A stretch of 64,000 nucleotides of DNA from Thermoanaerobaculales bacterium (lineage in GTDB: Bacteria > Acidobacteriota > Thermoanaerobaculia > Thermoanaerobaculales > Sulfomarinibacteraceae), in assembly GCA_035358815.1 (NCBI GenBank), contig DAOPQC010000009.1, positions 2,405 to 66,404 on the forward strand. Reading direction: 5' to 3'. This document shows, one piece after another, positions 54,438-62,155 of the stretch (position 1 is the first letter of the stretch; each line of letters starts with the position of its first letter). The position numbers were made by a program, and so were the translations under genes. The notes under the pieces were generated by a model. The model saw only the letters and a program-made list of their open reading frames with translations, did not search any database and was not told the DNA's origin.

Positions 54438-55580
54438 TCAACCCCCTCCGCTGCCCGCCGCCGCGTCCTCGGTGGGCGACAGCTCGACGGGATGGGGCGT
54501 GAAGCCCTCGAGCATCAGGTGCGCGGGGACGCTGGCGACCGCGCGAGCAGCGGCCTCGCGGCTCGGGAAGTGCCCCCAGATCAGCCGCCAGCACGGGCTG
54601 CCCTCGGCCCCCTCGCTGGCCACTGGTCGCAGGACGTCGGGGTACTGTCGCGCCTTGTTGAGGACGCGCTGCAGCTCTTGCGGCTCGCAGCCCATGTCGA
54701 CCACCAGGCCCCAGTCGCCGGCTGTCGAGGGCGCCTGGGCGGCGCGGTTGGAGCGCAGCCACAGCGCGGTCGCCCCGATGACGATCGCGAGCACCGCTGC
54801 CAGGGCGGCGAGCAGGGCCCAAGCCGGGACGCGCCGGCGCCGGCGCTCCGGGGCGGAAGGAAGCGGCTCCCGCTCCTGCTTCCGCACCGGCTCCGGCACC
54901 GCAGGCTCGGCCGGCGACGCCACCGGGGCCGGCTCGAGCATGCCGGCGGCAACCAGGGCCGCGAGCAGGCTGACAACCTCGCCCTGCCCCTGGGGTGAGC
55001 GACCGGCGATCTCGGCGGCGGTGCGCTGGCCGTTGACCTTGGCAACGATCAGGTCCGCCTCCTCCGACAGCCGAAGCGGCGAGTACAGCTCGAGGAAGTC
55101 GGCGGCCCGGCGCAGCCGGATGTCGAGGTCGGGGAGGATTGCCCGCGTCAGCTGCGGGTCCTGGCTCGACAGCACCAGCTCCACGACCGCGTGGGCGGCA
55201 GAGATGGTCGGCGCATCGGTGCCGGCGACCTCCGAGTCGCTGATCTCGAGCCGGTGCTCGGGGTCGAGCAGCCACGCCGCGAGGGCCTCCTGGACGAGCT
55301 CCTTGACGGTCCCGATCGCGACGGTCTGTGACAGGCCCGGGGCGGCGGCGAGCGCAAGGGCTTCCGCGACGAGGTCGGGGCGTCCAACCGGGCGGCAGCC
55401 GAGGCGGCGGGCAAGCAGGGCCGGGTCCGGTCCCTCGACCGACACGATCTTGCCGCGGGCCAGGCGCAGCACGAGCTCGCCGGTCGAGCCGGAGAGCCGG
55501 ACCTCGCCGGCAGGCCGTCGGGCGAGCCATCGCCCGAGGCGCCAGATCAGCTCGGGATCCCGCATGTCGGACTCCATCAT
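54438..55580 (-). CDS. DUF4388-like N-domain membrane protein with C-terminal SPOR-like domain
   Basis: N-terminal GEVRLSGSTGELVLRLARGKIVSV. Single TM helix (WALLAALAAVLAIVIGATALW). C-terminal beta-alpha-beta block WGLVVDMGCEPQELQRVLNKA...WRLIWGHFPSREAAARA. Confidence 0.5.
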   Translation of the reverse strand: MMESDMRDPELIWRLGRWLARRPAGEVRLSGSTGELVLRLARGKIVSVEGPDPALLARRLGCRPVGRPDLVAEALALAAAPGLSQTVAIGTVKELVQEALAAWLLDPEHRLEISDSEVAGTDAPTISAAHAVVELVLSSQDPQLTRAILPDLDIRLRRAADFLELYSPLRLSEEADLIVAKVNGQRTAAEIAGRSPQGQGEVVSLLAALVAAGMLEPAPVASPAEPAVPEPVRKQEREPLPSAPERRRRRVPAWALLAALAAVLAIVIGATALWLRSNRAAQAPSTAGDWGLVVDMGCEPQELQRVLNKARQYPDVLRPVASEGAEGSPCWRLIWGHFPSREAAARAVASVPAHLMLEGFTPHPVELSPTEDAAAGSGGG

Positions 55581-55631
55581 AAACGGTCTAACGGGCAGGA
55601 GGTATTGCCGGCCTCGTGGCCGGGCGCCTCC

Positions 55632-55660
55632 TTGACAGTCTCGGCAAAGCTTTCTACCAT
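55632..55660 (+). promoter_or_regulatory. Candidate sigma-70 promoter for the tRNA-Val/tRNA-Asp pair
   Basis: TTGACA (55632-37), a 17-nt spacer, then TACCAT (55655-60), ~25 nt upstream of tRNA-Val. Confidence 0.5.
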
Positions 55661-55684
55661 GACCTTCCCAACGGCCAGCCGTTC

Positions 55685-55759
55685 GGGAGGTTAGCTCAGG
55701 GGTAGAGCACCTGCCTTACACGCAGGGAGTCGTGGGTTCAAATCCCCCACCTCCCACCA
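55685..55759 (+). tRNA. tRNA-Val (anticodon TAC)
   Basis: Cloverleaf: acceptor gggaggt/acctccc, D-arm gctcaggggtagagc, anticodon stem cctgc/gcagg with loop ctTACac, T-arm gtggg-ttcaaat-cccac region, encoded CCA. Confidence 0.9.
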
Positions 55760-55780
55760 CCCCTGAGACGGCACGATTGC

Positions 55781-55857
55781 GGGGTCGTAGTTCAGCTGGT
55801 TAGAACGCCGGCCTGTCACGCCGGAGGTCGAGGGTTCGAGTCCCTTCGGCCCCGCCA
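55781..55857 (+). tRNA. tRNA-Asp (anticodon GTC)
   Basis: Acceptor ggggtcg/cggcccc, D-arm gttcagctggttagaac, anticodon stem ccggc/gccgg with loop ctGTCac, T-arm gaggg-ttcgagt-ccctt, discriminator G, encoded CCA. Confidence 0.9.
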
Positions 55858-55872
55858 ACCCAGCCAAACCGA

Positions 55873-55900
55873 GCCGCCCTTCGGGCGGCTTTTCGTTTGT
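55873..55900 (+). terminator. Rho-independent terminator after tRNA-Asp
   Basis: gccgccc-ttc(g)-gggcggc followed by ttttcgtttgt. Confidence 0.75.
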
Positions 55901-56006
55901 CTGGTGGCGGGGCCGAAGGGACTCGGTCACCGCGGAGCCAGCGGGCGGACGTACGCCGCCCACCGCCCTCTCCGGCCCGGCTGACGCCGGGCCTGCGACC
56001 CCCACG
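55886..56006. repeat. 121-nt direct repeat, copy 1 (contains inverted copy of tRNA-Asp 3' end)
   Basis: Base-for-base identical to 56234-56354 (checked by eye over all 121 nt). 55905-55925, tggcggggccgaagggactcg, is the reverse complement of tRNA-Asp 55837-55857. Confidence 0.95.
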
Positions 56007-56078
56007 GCTACGTCCGCACTCCGCTGCCTATCGCGGTGTGCAAGTCCCTTCCCTCGTGACCCCGGCGACCCTGGCGGG

Positions 56079-56130
56079 CGGCTGTTTTCGTTCCGTGGCG
56101 GGGCCTTCGGGACTCGCAGCACCGTCACCT
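56079..56130. repeat. Degenerate middle copy of the tRNA-Asp-derived repeat
   Basis: cggctgttttcgttccgtggcggggccttcgggactcg matches the start of the 121-nt unit, with gaag replaced by ttcg and a different continuation. Confidence 0.7.
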
Positions 56131-56233
56131 GCGCGCTGTCACGGGCAGCCCGCGTTGCGGCCTGCCGGTTCCAGCCTGCGCAGCTGCCGGCGGTGTCGAG
56201 CCCTTCCCTCGTGACCCCGGCGACCCTGGCGGT

Positions 56234-56354
56234 CGGCTTTTCGTTTGTCTGGTGGCGGGGCCGAAGGGACTCGGTCACCGCGGAGCCAGCGGGCGGACGT
56301 ACGCCGCCCACCGCCCTCTCCGGCCCGGCTGACGCCGGGCCTGCGACCCCCACG
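56234..56354. repeat. 121-nt direct repeat, copy 2
   Basis: Identical to 55886-56006 at an offset of 348 nt. Preceded by the 32-nt block 56201-56232, identical to 56046-56077. Confidence 0.95.
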
Positions 56355-56579
56355 CCCTCTGAAACTGCGAATGTGTCCATGTCGGCCCCGGCACGCAATT
56401 GGCGCGAAGGCCCCAGCGATCCACAGGGTCAAGAATCACCGGGTGCGCGAACGCGGCGCAGACCTCCGCCCAAGCCTCCGCACGCACGATCGGGGTCCTC
56501 CTCAACTGTCCGTTCACGGTGTGAGGTCGAGATACCTGAGAATCTCACACTTCAGCCAGACACTCCTTCTGGGGGTGCC

Positions 56580-56939
56580 TCAGGGCTCGCGGCGGAGGCC
56601 GAGCTGGATCGAGATCGCGCGGTCGAGGGCTTCGAGCTCGCCGGCTTCGAGGAGGCCAAGGCGCTTGCTGATGCGGTGCCGGGCAACCGTGCGAAGCTGG
56701 TTGGCGACCGCACGGGAGGGCTTGGCGAGGCCGCTCGACGTCGGGCCGACGCGGCTTTCGTAGGGTCGGAGGGGGCGGTCGGGCAGCGATGTCACGGGCA
56801 CGATCTGGAGCACCGCGTCGAGCCGGCAGGCGACGTCGTTCGAGACGACGACCGCCGGGCGGGTCTTCCGGATCTCTCGACCCTCTGCCGGGTCGAAGCG
56901 GACCAGGACGACGTCGCCTCGGCGGAGCTCGGGGGTCAC
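56580..56939 (-). CDS. mazF: Type II toxin, PemK/MazF-family endoribonuclease
   Basis: RGDVVLVRFDPAEGREIRKTRPAVVVS... and the QIVPVTS pattern. The GTG start overlaps the antitoxin stop (GTGA). Confidence 0.8.
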   Translation of the reverse strand: MTPELRRGDVVLVRFDPAEGREIRKTRPAVVVSNDVACRLDAVLQIVPVTSLPDRPLRPYESRVGPTSSGLAKPSRAVANQLRTVARHRISKRLGLLEAGELEALDRAISIQLGLRREP

Positions 56940-57178
56940 TCGTCGACCTCCGCGTCAGCCGCTTCCCACTCGGCGGCCAGCTCTGCCGCTTCGTCCCGGT
57001 CCTCGGTGTACGCCACCTCGAGCTGTCGCTCGAGCAGCCGGGCGCGGTACTCGCGGACCGCCTCGCACACGACGGCACTGGTGTTCGGGACCTCGTACAA
57101 GAACGTCGCCACATCAGGGTCGACCGTCACGGTGATGCGCTTCTTGCCCACTGCCGGATCCTCCGGTGAGATGATCAT
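56936..57178 (-). CDS. Putative MazE-like/RHH antitoxin
   Basis: 80-aa acidic-tailed protein (KKRITVTVDPDVATFLYE... then a DE-rich C-terminus) translationally coupled to mazF. Start ATG 57178 is uncertain. Confidence 0.6.
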   Translation of the reverse strand: MIISPEDPAVGKKRITVTVDPDVATFLYEVPNTSAVVCEAVREYRARLLERQLEVAYTEDRDEAAELAAEWEAADAEVDE

Positions 57179-57343
57179 AGCATACGAAATGTCATATGAA
57201 CAATACGCACACTGCGATTCCAGCGACGCCATCTGTCCGCCGGCGGGATCGAATGTGAATCGTGGCTGAGGTTCGGCCGGACGGTGGAATGGTCCGAGGC
57301 CGGTACAATGGCCGGGTTTCGAGCCCGTCGTATCGGAGAGGAC

Positions 57344-58837
57344 ATGGAGAAGACCGGTTTCCTGCGCTCGTTCCCCCGCACCTTCTGGGTCGCCAACGTC
57401 ATGGAGCTGTTCGAGCGGGCCGCCTACTACGGCCTCAACTCGGTGTTGGCTGTCTACCTCACGTTGAAGGTCGCCGAGGGCGGGCTCGGGTTCGGCCAGC
57501 AGGCGGTCGGCTTCCTGCAGGGGATCGTCTATGCCGCCACTTACGTGCTGCCGATCCTCGGCGGCGCGCTCGCCGACCGTTACGGCTACCGCAAGATGCT
57601 GATCGTCGCCTTCTCCTTGCTGGCGACCGGTTACTTCGCCGCCGGCCACATGTCGAGCTACGCCCTGGTGTTCCTGTCGCTGCTCGTGATGGCGACCGGC
57701 TCGGGACTGTTCAAGCCGATCATCTCGGGGACCATCGCCCGCACCACCAACGAGAAGACGTCCTCGTTCGGGTTCGGCATCTACTACTGGATGATCAACC
57801 TCGGCGCCTTCCTGGCGCCGCTGGTGGTGAGCTGGCTCAAGGGGTTCTCGTGGCGGTACGTGTTCACCGCCTCGGCGGCCTACTGCGCGGCGATGCTGCT
57901 GCCCGCCCTGTTCGTCTACACCGAGCCGCCGAAGCCGGAGAGCCGCAAGACCTTGAAGGAGGTGCTCGGCGGCGCCGCCGAGGTGCTGGGCGATGCCCGC
58001 TTCATGCTCATGATCGTGGTCTACTCCGGGTTCTGGATCCTCTACTTCCAGAACTTCGGGTCGGTGCTGTGGTACCTGCGCGACTTCGTCGACCGCGAGC
58101 CGGTGAGCGCCGCGGTGACCGGGTTGCTCGCCGCGATCGGGCTCGACGTCCGCTTCACCTTTGACGCCGAGCACGTCACCGTCATCAACGCCGGCACCAT
58201 CATCCTGCTCCAGGTGCTGGTGAGCCGCCTGGTCGCCAACCGCAAGGCGCTGCCGACCATGGTGACCGGCATGGCGATGGGAGCCGTGGGCTTCGTTCTG
58301 CTCGCGAGCTCCTTCAACCCGTGGGTGTTCATCCTCGGCATCGCGGTGTTCTCGATCGGCGAGATGACCGCCCACCCCAAGTACTACAGCTTCGTCGGGC
58401 TGGTGGCGCCCGCCGACCGCAAGGCGGTCTACATGGGCTACGCCTTCCTCTACGGCGTGTTCGGCTCGTTGCTCGGCTCGAACCTCGGCGCCTTCCTCTA
58501 CGAGCGGATGCTGGCCCCGGTGGTCGGGACCGAGGCGGCGGCCGGCCGCACCACCCTGTTCTGGACCTTGTTCGCCGTGCTCGACGTGATCGCAGTGGTG
58601 GGGCTGATCCTGTTTGCGCGGGCCTTCGGCGAGGACACCCCCGACACCCGGCGACGGGCGCGCAGCGCCATGTTCGGCGTCTACGGGCTGATCCTGCTGC
58701 TCGGCCTCGCATTCGCAGTCTTCGCCTTCACCTCGGACCCGATCCAGGTCCGCACTGCGGTGCAGTCCCTGATCTTCCTCGCCCTGGGCGGCGGCGGGCT
58801 CGCGGTGAACGCCCGCGGCGGTCGCAGCGCGAGCTGA
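57344..58837 (+). CDS. Proton-dependent oligopeptide transporter (POT/PTR2) family MFS
   Basis: ATG 57344 follows ggagagg. Signature ELFERAAYYG (ExxERFxYY). GGALADRYGYRK. 12-14 TM profile. Confidence 0.85.
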   Translation: MEKTGFLRSFPRTFWVANVMELFERAAYYGLNSVLAVYLTLKVAEGGLGFGQQAVGFLQGIVYAATYVLPILGGALADRYGYRKMLIVAFSLLATGYFAAGHMSSYALVFLSLLVMATGSGLFKPIISGTIARTTNEKTSSFGFGIYYWMINLGAFLAPLVVSWLKGFSWRYVFTASAAYCAAMLLPALFVYTEPPKPESRKTLKEVLGGAAEVLGDARFMLMIVVYSGFWILYFQNFGSVLWYLRDFVDREPVSAAVTGLLAAIGLDVRFTFDAEHVTVINAGTIILLQVLVSRLVANRKALPTMVTGMAMGAVGFVLLASSFNPWVFILGIAVFSIGEMTAHPKYYSFVGLVAPADRKAVYMGYAFLYGVFGSLLGSNLGAFLYERMLAPVVGTEAAAGRTTLFWTLFAVLDVIAVVGLILFARAFGEDTPDTRRRARSAMFGVYGLILLLGLAFAVFAFTSDPIQVRTAVQSLIFLALGGGGLAVNARGGRSAS

Positions 58838-59025
58838 GAGAGCGGGTCACGCGTGCTCACCCGAGCTCGGAACGATGGCGCCCAGCGGGGAGAGCGGCGC
58901 CGCCGGGAATGGCCGGTCGCCGAGGGCTGGTTGAGTGAGCGATGAGAAGTCGTCGCGATCGCCCCGCGTGGTCCGATCCCGACGTCGACCTCCCACCCGC
59001 CCCGGGTGGCCCATCGAGGACGTGA

Positions 59026-59382
59026 ATGGTCGAGCCGCAGCAAACAGCGCACGACGCCCGCCCGGCGCCCCGCCGCCTCGCGCTCCTCGCGCTGGCGGTG
59101 GTGATGGCCGGGCTTGTCGCTGCAGCTCCGTACTGGGGCGCGAGCGCCGCGCACGCGGAGGAAACCGAGGCGACGCCCTGCCCCGACCCGGGGGATGACG
59201 GCTCGCCTTGCGGTCCGAGCTGCCCGTGCGCCTGCTGCCCCGGGCATGCGCCGACTCCGGCGGTGGTGGTCGCGCAGTGCTCGGTCGCCGCCCCGTCGCC
59301 GAGCACGCTCGAGACCACTCCCCACAGGGCCCTGCAGTCGACGGACCTTCGTCTCCGCATCTTCCACCCTCCTCGCACCTGA
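59026..59382 (+). CDS. Small exported Cys-rich protein (possible metal-binding accessory of the czc operon)
   Basis: Signal/TM segment LALLALAVVMAGLVAAA, then CPDPGDDGSPCGPSCPCACCPGH (7 Cys + His in 23 aa). Coding status is not proven. Confidence 0.45.
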   Translation: MVEPQQTAHDARPAPRRLALLALAVVMAGLVAAAPYWGASAAHAEETEATPCPDPGDDGSPCGPSCPCACCPGHAPTPAVVVAQCSVAAPSPSTLETTPHRALQSTDLRLRIFHPPRT

Positions 59383-59487
59383 CCTCGAATCGACAGCTGG
59401 GTTCGGTCCGCTCGCGGCGCGCGAGCTGCCCGAGTTGGCGTTTCTGACGCCCATACATGGGCGTCGTGGGAAGGCAGGTGTTCGACG

Positions 59488-60795
59488 ATGTGGTGCCCTC
59501 GTACGCGCGCCCCTCGCTGGCGGCGCACTCAGATCGCTTTGGTCGCCCTGCTGGTGGCCGGTTCGGTGGCGGCTCGCTCGGTGCCGGCGGAGACCGAGAC
59601 TTCGGCTTCAGGGAAGGGACTGCCGGCCGGCCAGGTGATCAGGGTGAGCTGGCCGGAGCTGGTCCGCCTAGTCGACCAGCACCCGCTGGTCGCCGCCGGC
59701 GCCTTCGGCATCGACGCCGCCCGCGGAGCGGTCACCGCCGCCGGCGCCGCCCCCAACCCCTCGCTCGCGGCAACCGCCGGCCGGGGAGAGGCGGTGGTCG
59801 GGGACGAGTCCGACGACGAGTGGGCGCTGGAGCTGGAGCTTCCGCTCGGCTGGCTCGCCCTGCGCGGCTCGCGGGTGGCGGCCGCCGAGGCCGATCTCGA
59901 GGCCACCGAGGCCGAGAGCGAGCTGCTGCGGCGGGAGGTCCTGCTCGAGCTCAGGACCCTGTTCTGGAGCCTGGTCTCCGAGCAGGAGCGGGTCGCCGCG
60001 CTCGAGGCGCTCGAGCAGCAGACCGCGGCGCTGGTGGCCACGGTCCGGAAGCGGGTCGAGGTCGGCGAGGTCCGGCCGGTGGACGGCCCGCGGTCGGAGA
60101 TCGAGCTCGAGAAGGTCGCCGCCGAGCTCGCGGCGGCGCACGTCGCGCTCGGGGCGCGCCAGGCGCAGCTCGCGCTGTGGCTGGCTCCCCCGGCGGAGGG
60201 CACCATCGTGGCGGTGGGAGATCTCGGCGCGCTGCCGCATGCGATCGACCTCGACGCCGCGCGAGCGAGGCTGCGCGCCTCTCACCCGGCGCCGGCGGCC
60301 GCCCAGGCGCGTATCCGCTCGCTCGAGGCCACGCTCGCGACCGAGAAGCGGGCGCGGATCCCGGACTTCTCGCTGGCCGCGTTCCAGTCCCACGAGCTCG
60401 ACCGGGACGCATACGGTATCGGCCTCACCGTGGGTCTGCCGCTCCTGAGCTGGAACGGCGGCCGGATTGCGCAGGCCGAGGCCGAGCTCGAGGCCGGCCG
60501 GCTCGAGGCCGAGGCCGTGAGCCGGGAGCTCGAATCCAGGGTCATCGAGGCCGAAGCGGCGTGCCGCGCCGCGGTCGAGACCGCGGCCCGCTTCGGCAGC
60601 GCCGTGGTCCCGCGCTCCGAGGCCGCGGCCGCGACCATGGAGCGGACCTACGAGCTCGGCGAGGCCAGCCTGCTCGAGCTGATCGACGCCCGCCGCACCC
60701 TGCTCGACACGCGCCGGCTGCACCTCGGCGCGCTCGCCGCGGCCCAGATCGAGTGCAGTCGTCTCGGCAGCCTGGTCGGAGAGGAGATCCCATGA
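59488..60795 (+). CDS. czcC: TolC-like outer-membrane efflux protein (CzcC family)
   Basis: Signal peptide. Two OEP-type coiled-coil repeats. Directly coupled (ATGA overlap) to the adaptor gene. Confidence 0.75.
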   Translation: MWCPRTRAPRWRRTQIALVALLVAGSVAARSVPAETETSASGKGLPAGQVIRVSWPELVRLVDQHPLVAAGAFGIDAARGAVTAAGAAPNPSLAATAGRGEAVVGDESDDEWALELELPLGWLALRGSRVAAAEADLEATEAESELLRREVLLELRTLFWSLVSEQERVAALEALEQQTAALVATVRKRVEVGEVRPVDGPRSEIELEKVAAELAAAHVALGARQAQLALWLAPPAEGTIVAVGDLGALPHAIDLDAARARLRASHPAPAAAQARIRSLEATLATEKRARIPDFSLAAFQSHELDRDAYGIGLTVGLPLLSWNGGRIAQAEAELEAGRLEAEAVSRELESRVIEAEAACRAAVETAARFGSAVVPRSEAAAATMERTYELGEASLLELIDARRTLLDTRRLHLGALAAAQIECSRLGSLVGEEIP

Positions 60796-62141
60796 GCAGC
60801 CACAGCATCCTTCGCGCCCTCGCGGTCCTGGCCCTGACCCTCGCCTGGGCGGCATGCGGCAGGGGCGAGTCGCAGGCGCCCGGGGCCGCAGCCCAGGCGC
60901 CGCCGGTCGAGCAGGCACTCGCCGGGCGCGGCGCCGCCGCAGGCGTCGAGCACGAGGCCGAACCCGAGGAGCCCTCTGACCTCGACCGGCCGGTCGACGA
61001 GCTGTTCCGCGCGGCCTGCGAGCACGGACGGCAGACCTTCGCCTGCGACGAGTGCCGCTGGGAGGTCGGGGTCGTCCGGGTGCCGGCGAGCCTGGTCGAC
61101 GGCGGGCTCGTCGAGACCGCCGGGGTGGGACGCCGGGCGATCGCGGTCCCCCTGACCCTGACCGGCGAGGTCCGCTTCGACGAGCGCCGGGTCGCTCACT
61201 GCAGCTCCCAGGTCGAGGGGATCATCCGCGCGGTGCACGTCGCGCCCGGCGACATGGTCCGGCGCGGGCAGCCCCTGCTCGAGATCGAGTCGGTGGTGGT
61301 CGGCGAGGCGCAGGCAGCCTACCTCGAGGCCCGCGGCCTGCTCGACATCGCGCGCCGCAACTTCGAGCGGGTGTCGGCGCTCAAGCAGGAGGCCATCGCC
61401 TCGGAGAAGGAGTACCTGCAGGCGAGACAGGAGCTGGAGGCGGCCGAGATCCGGTCGGAGGGCGCGCTGGGCACGCTTTCGCGGCTCGGCGCGGGCGCCG
61501 GCGAGGCGGGCCCCAACGCTGGCGGCAACGCCCGCGGCCGTTTCGTGCTGCGCGCCCCGGCGTCGGGCACCGTGCTCACGATGCACGCGGTCCCGGGCGA
61601 GGTGGCCAGGACCGAGGAGTCGCTGGTGACGGTCGGCGACAGCTCGACGGTCTGGGTGTGGGCCGACCTCTACGAGCGCGACATCGCCGCGGTCAGCCGG
61701 GCGCACGCGGCGCAGCCGCTCGCCGCCGCCGTCGCCGTGAAGGCGTACCCCGGCGAGCAGTTCCCGGGCGTCGTCGACCTGATCAGCCCGGCGATGGACG
61801 AGTCCTCGCGAACGGTGAAGGTGCGGGTCGCGGTCGCGAACCCCGATCGCCGGCTGCTGGCCGGGATGTTCGCCTCGGTCGAGGTTTTCCTGCCGGGCTC
61901 GCAGGAGGTGCTCGCCGTCCCGCGGGAGGCGCTGCTCGAGGACGAGGGGCGGTCGTTCGTCTTCGTCCACCATCACGACGACTACTTCGTGCGCCGCCCG
62001 GTCGAGGCGGGACGCACCTGGGACCGGTGGATCGAGGTGACTTCGGGGCTCGAGGCGGGCCAGACCGTGGTCGCCGAGGGCGCCTTTCTCCTGAAGTCGG
62101 ACGTGCTGCGCTCGAAGATGGGCGCCGGGTGCGCGGACTGA
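60792..62141 (+). CDS. czcB: RND efflux periplasmic adaptor (HlyD/CzcB family)
   Basis: Lipoprotein signal LTLAWAACG. Lipoyl/beta-barrel motifs (GIIRAVHVAPGDMVRRGQPLLEIES, FVLRAPASGTV, VKVRVAVANPDRRLLAGMF). N-terminal CxxxxxxxCxxC motif. Confidence 0.8.
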   Translation: MSSHSILRALAVLALTLAWAACGRGESQAPGAAAQAPPVEQALAGRGAAAGVEHEAEPEEPSDLDRPVDELFRAACEHGRQTFACDECRWEVGVVRVPASLVDGGLVETAGVGRRAIAVPLTLTGEVRFDERRVAHCSSQVEGIIRAVHVAPGDMVRRGQPLLEIESVVVGEAQAAYLEARGLLDIARRNFERVSALKQEAIASEKEYLQARQELEAAEIRSEGALGTLSRLGAGAGEAGPNAGGNARGRFVLRAPASGTVLTMHAVPGEVARTEESLVTVGDSSTVWVWADLYERDIAAVSRAHAAQPLAAAVAVKAYPGEQFPGVVDLISPAMDESSRTVKVRVAVANPDRRLLAGMFASVEVFLPGSQEVLAVPREALLEDEGRSFVFVHHHDDYFVRRPVEAGRTWDRWIEVTSGLEAGQTVVAEGAFLLKSDVLRSKMGAGCAD

Positions 62142-62155
62142 AAGGGGAGGACGCC

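Noticed and set aside
55905-56002. The 98-nt tRNA-like unit as tRNA-Sec (selC), which was tempting because of its length and the Sec-FDH in the window.
   Set aside because: The only TCA lies in a 4-nt loop (gtca) of an 8-bp hairpin, not in a 7-nt anticodon loop. There is no T-loop (TTCGA/TTCAA) and no D-arm, and the unit is duplicated identically. It is not a credible selC.
55685-57260. An intact integrative element or prophage at the tRNA-Val/tRNA-Asp locus.
   Set aside because: There is no integrase, excisionase or phage/conjugation gene. Only repeats and a mazEF pair are present. At most this is a decayed remnant.
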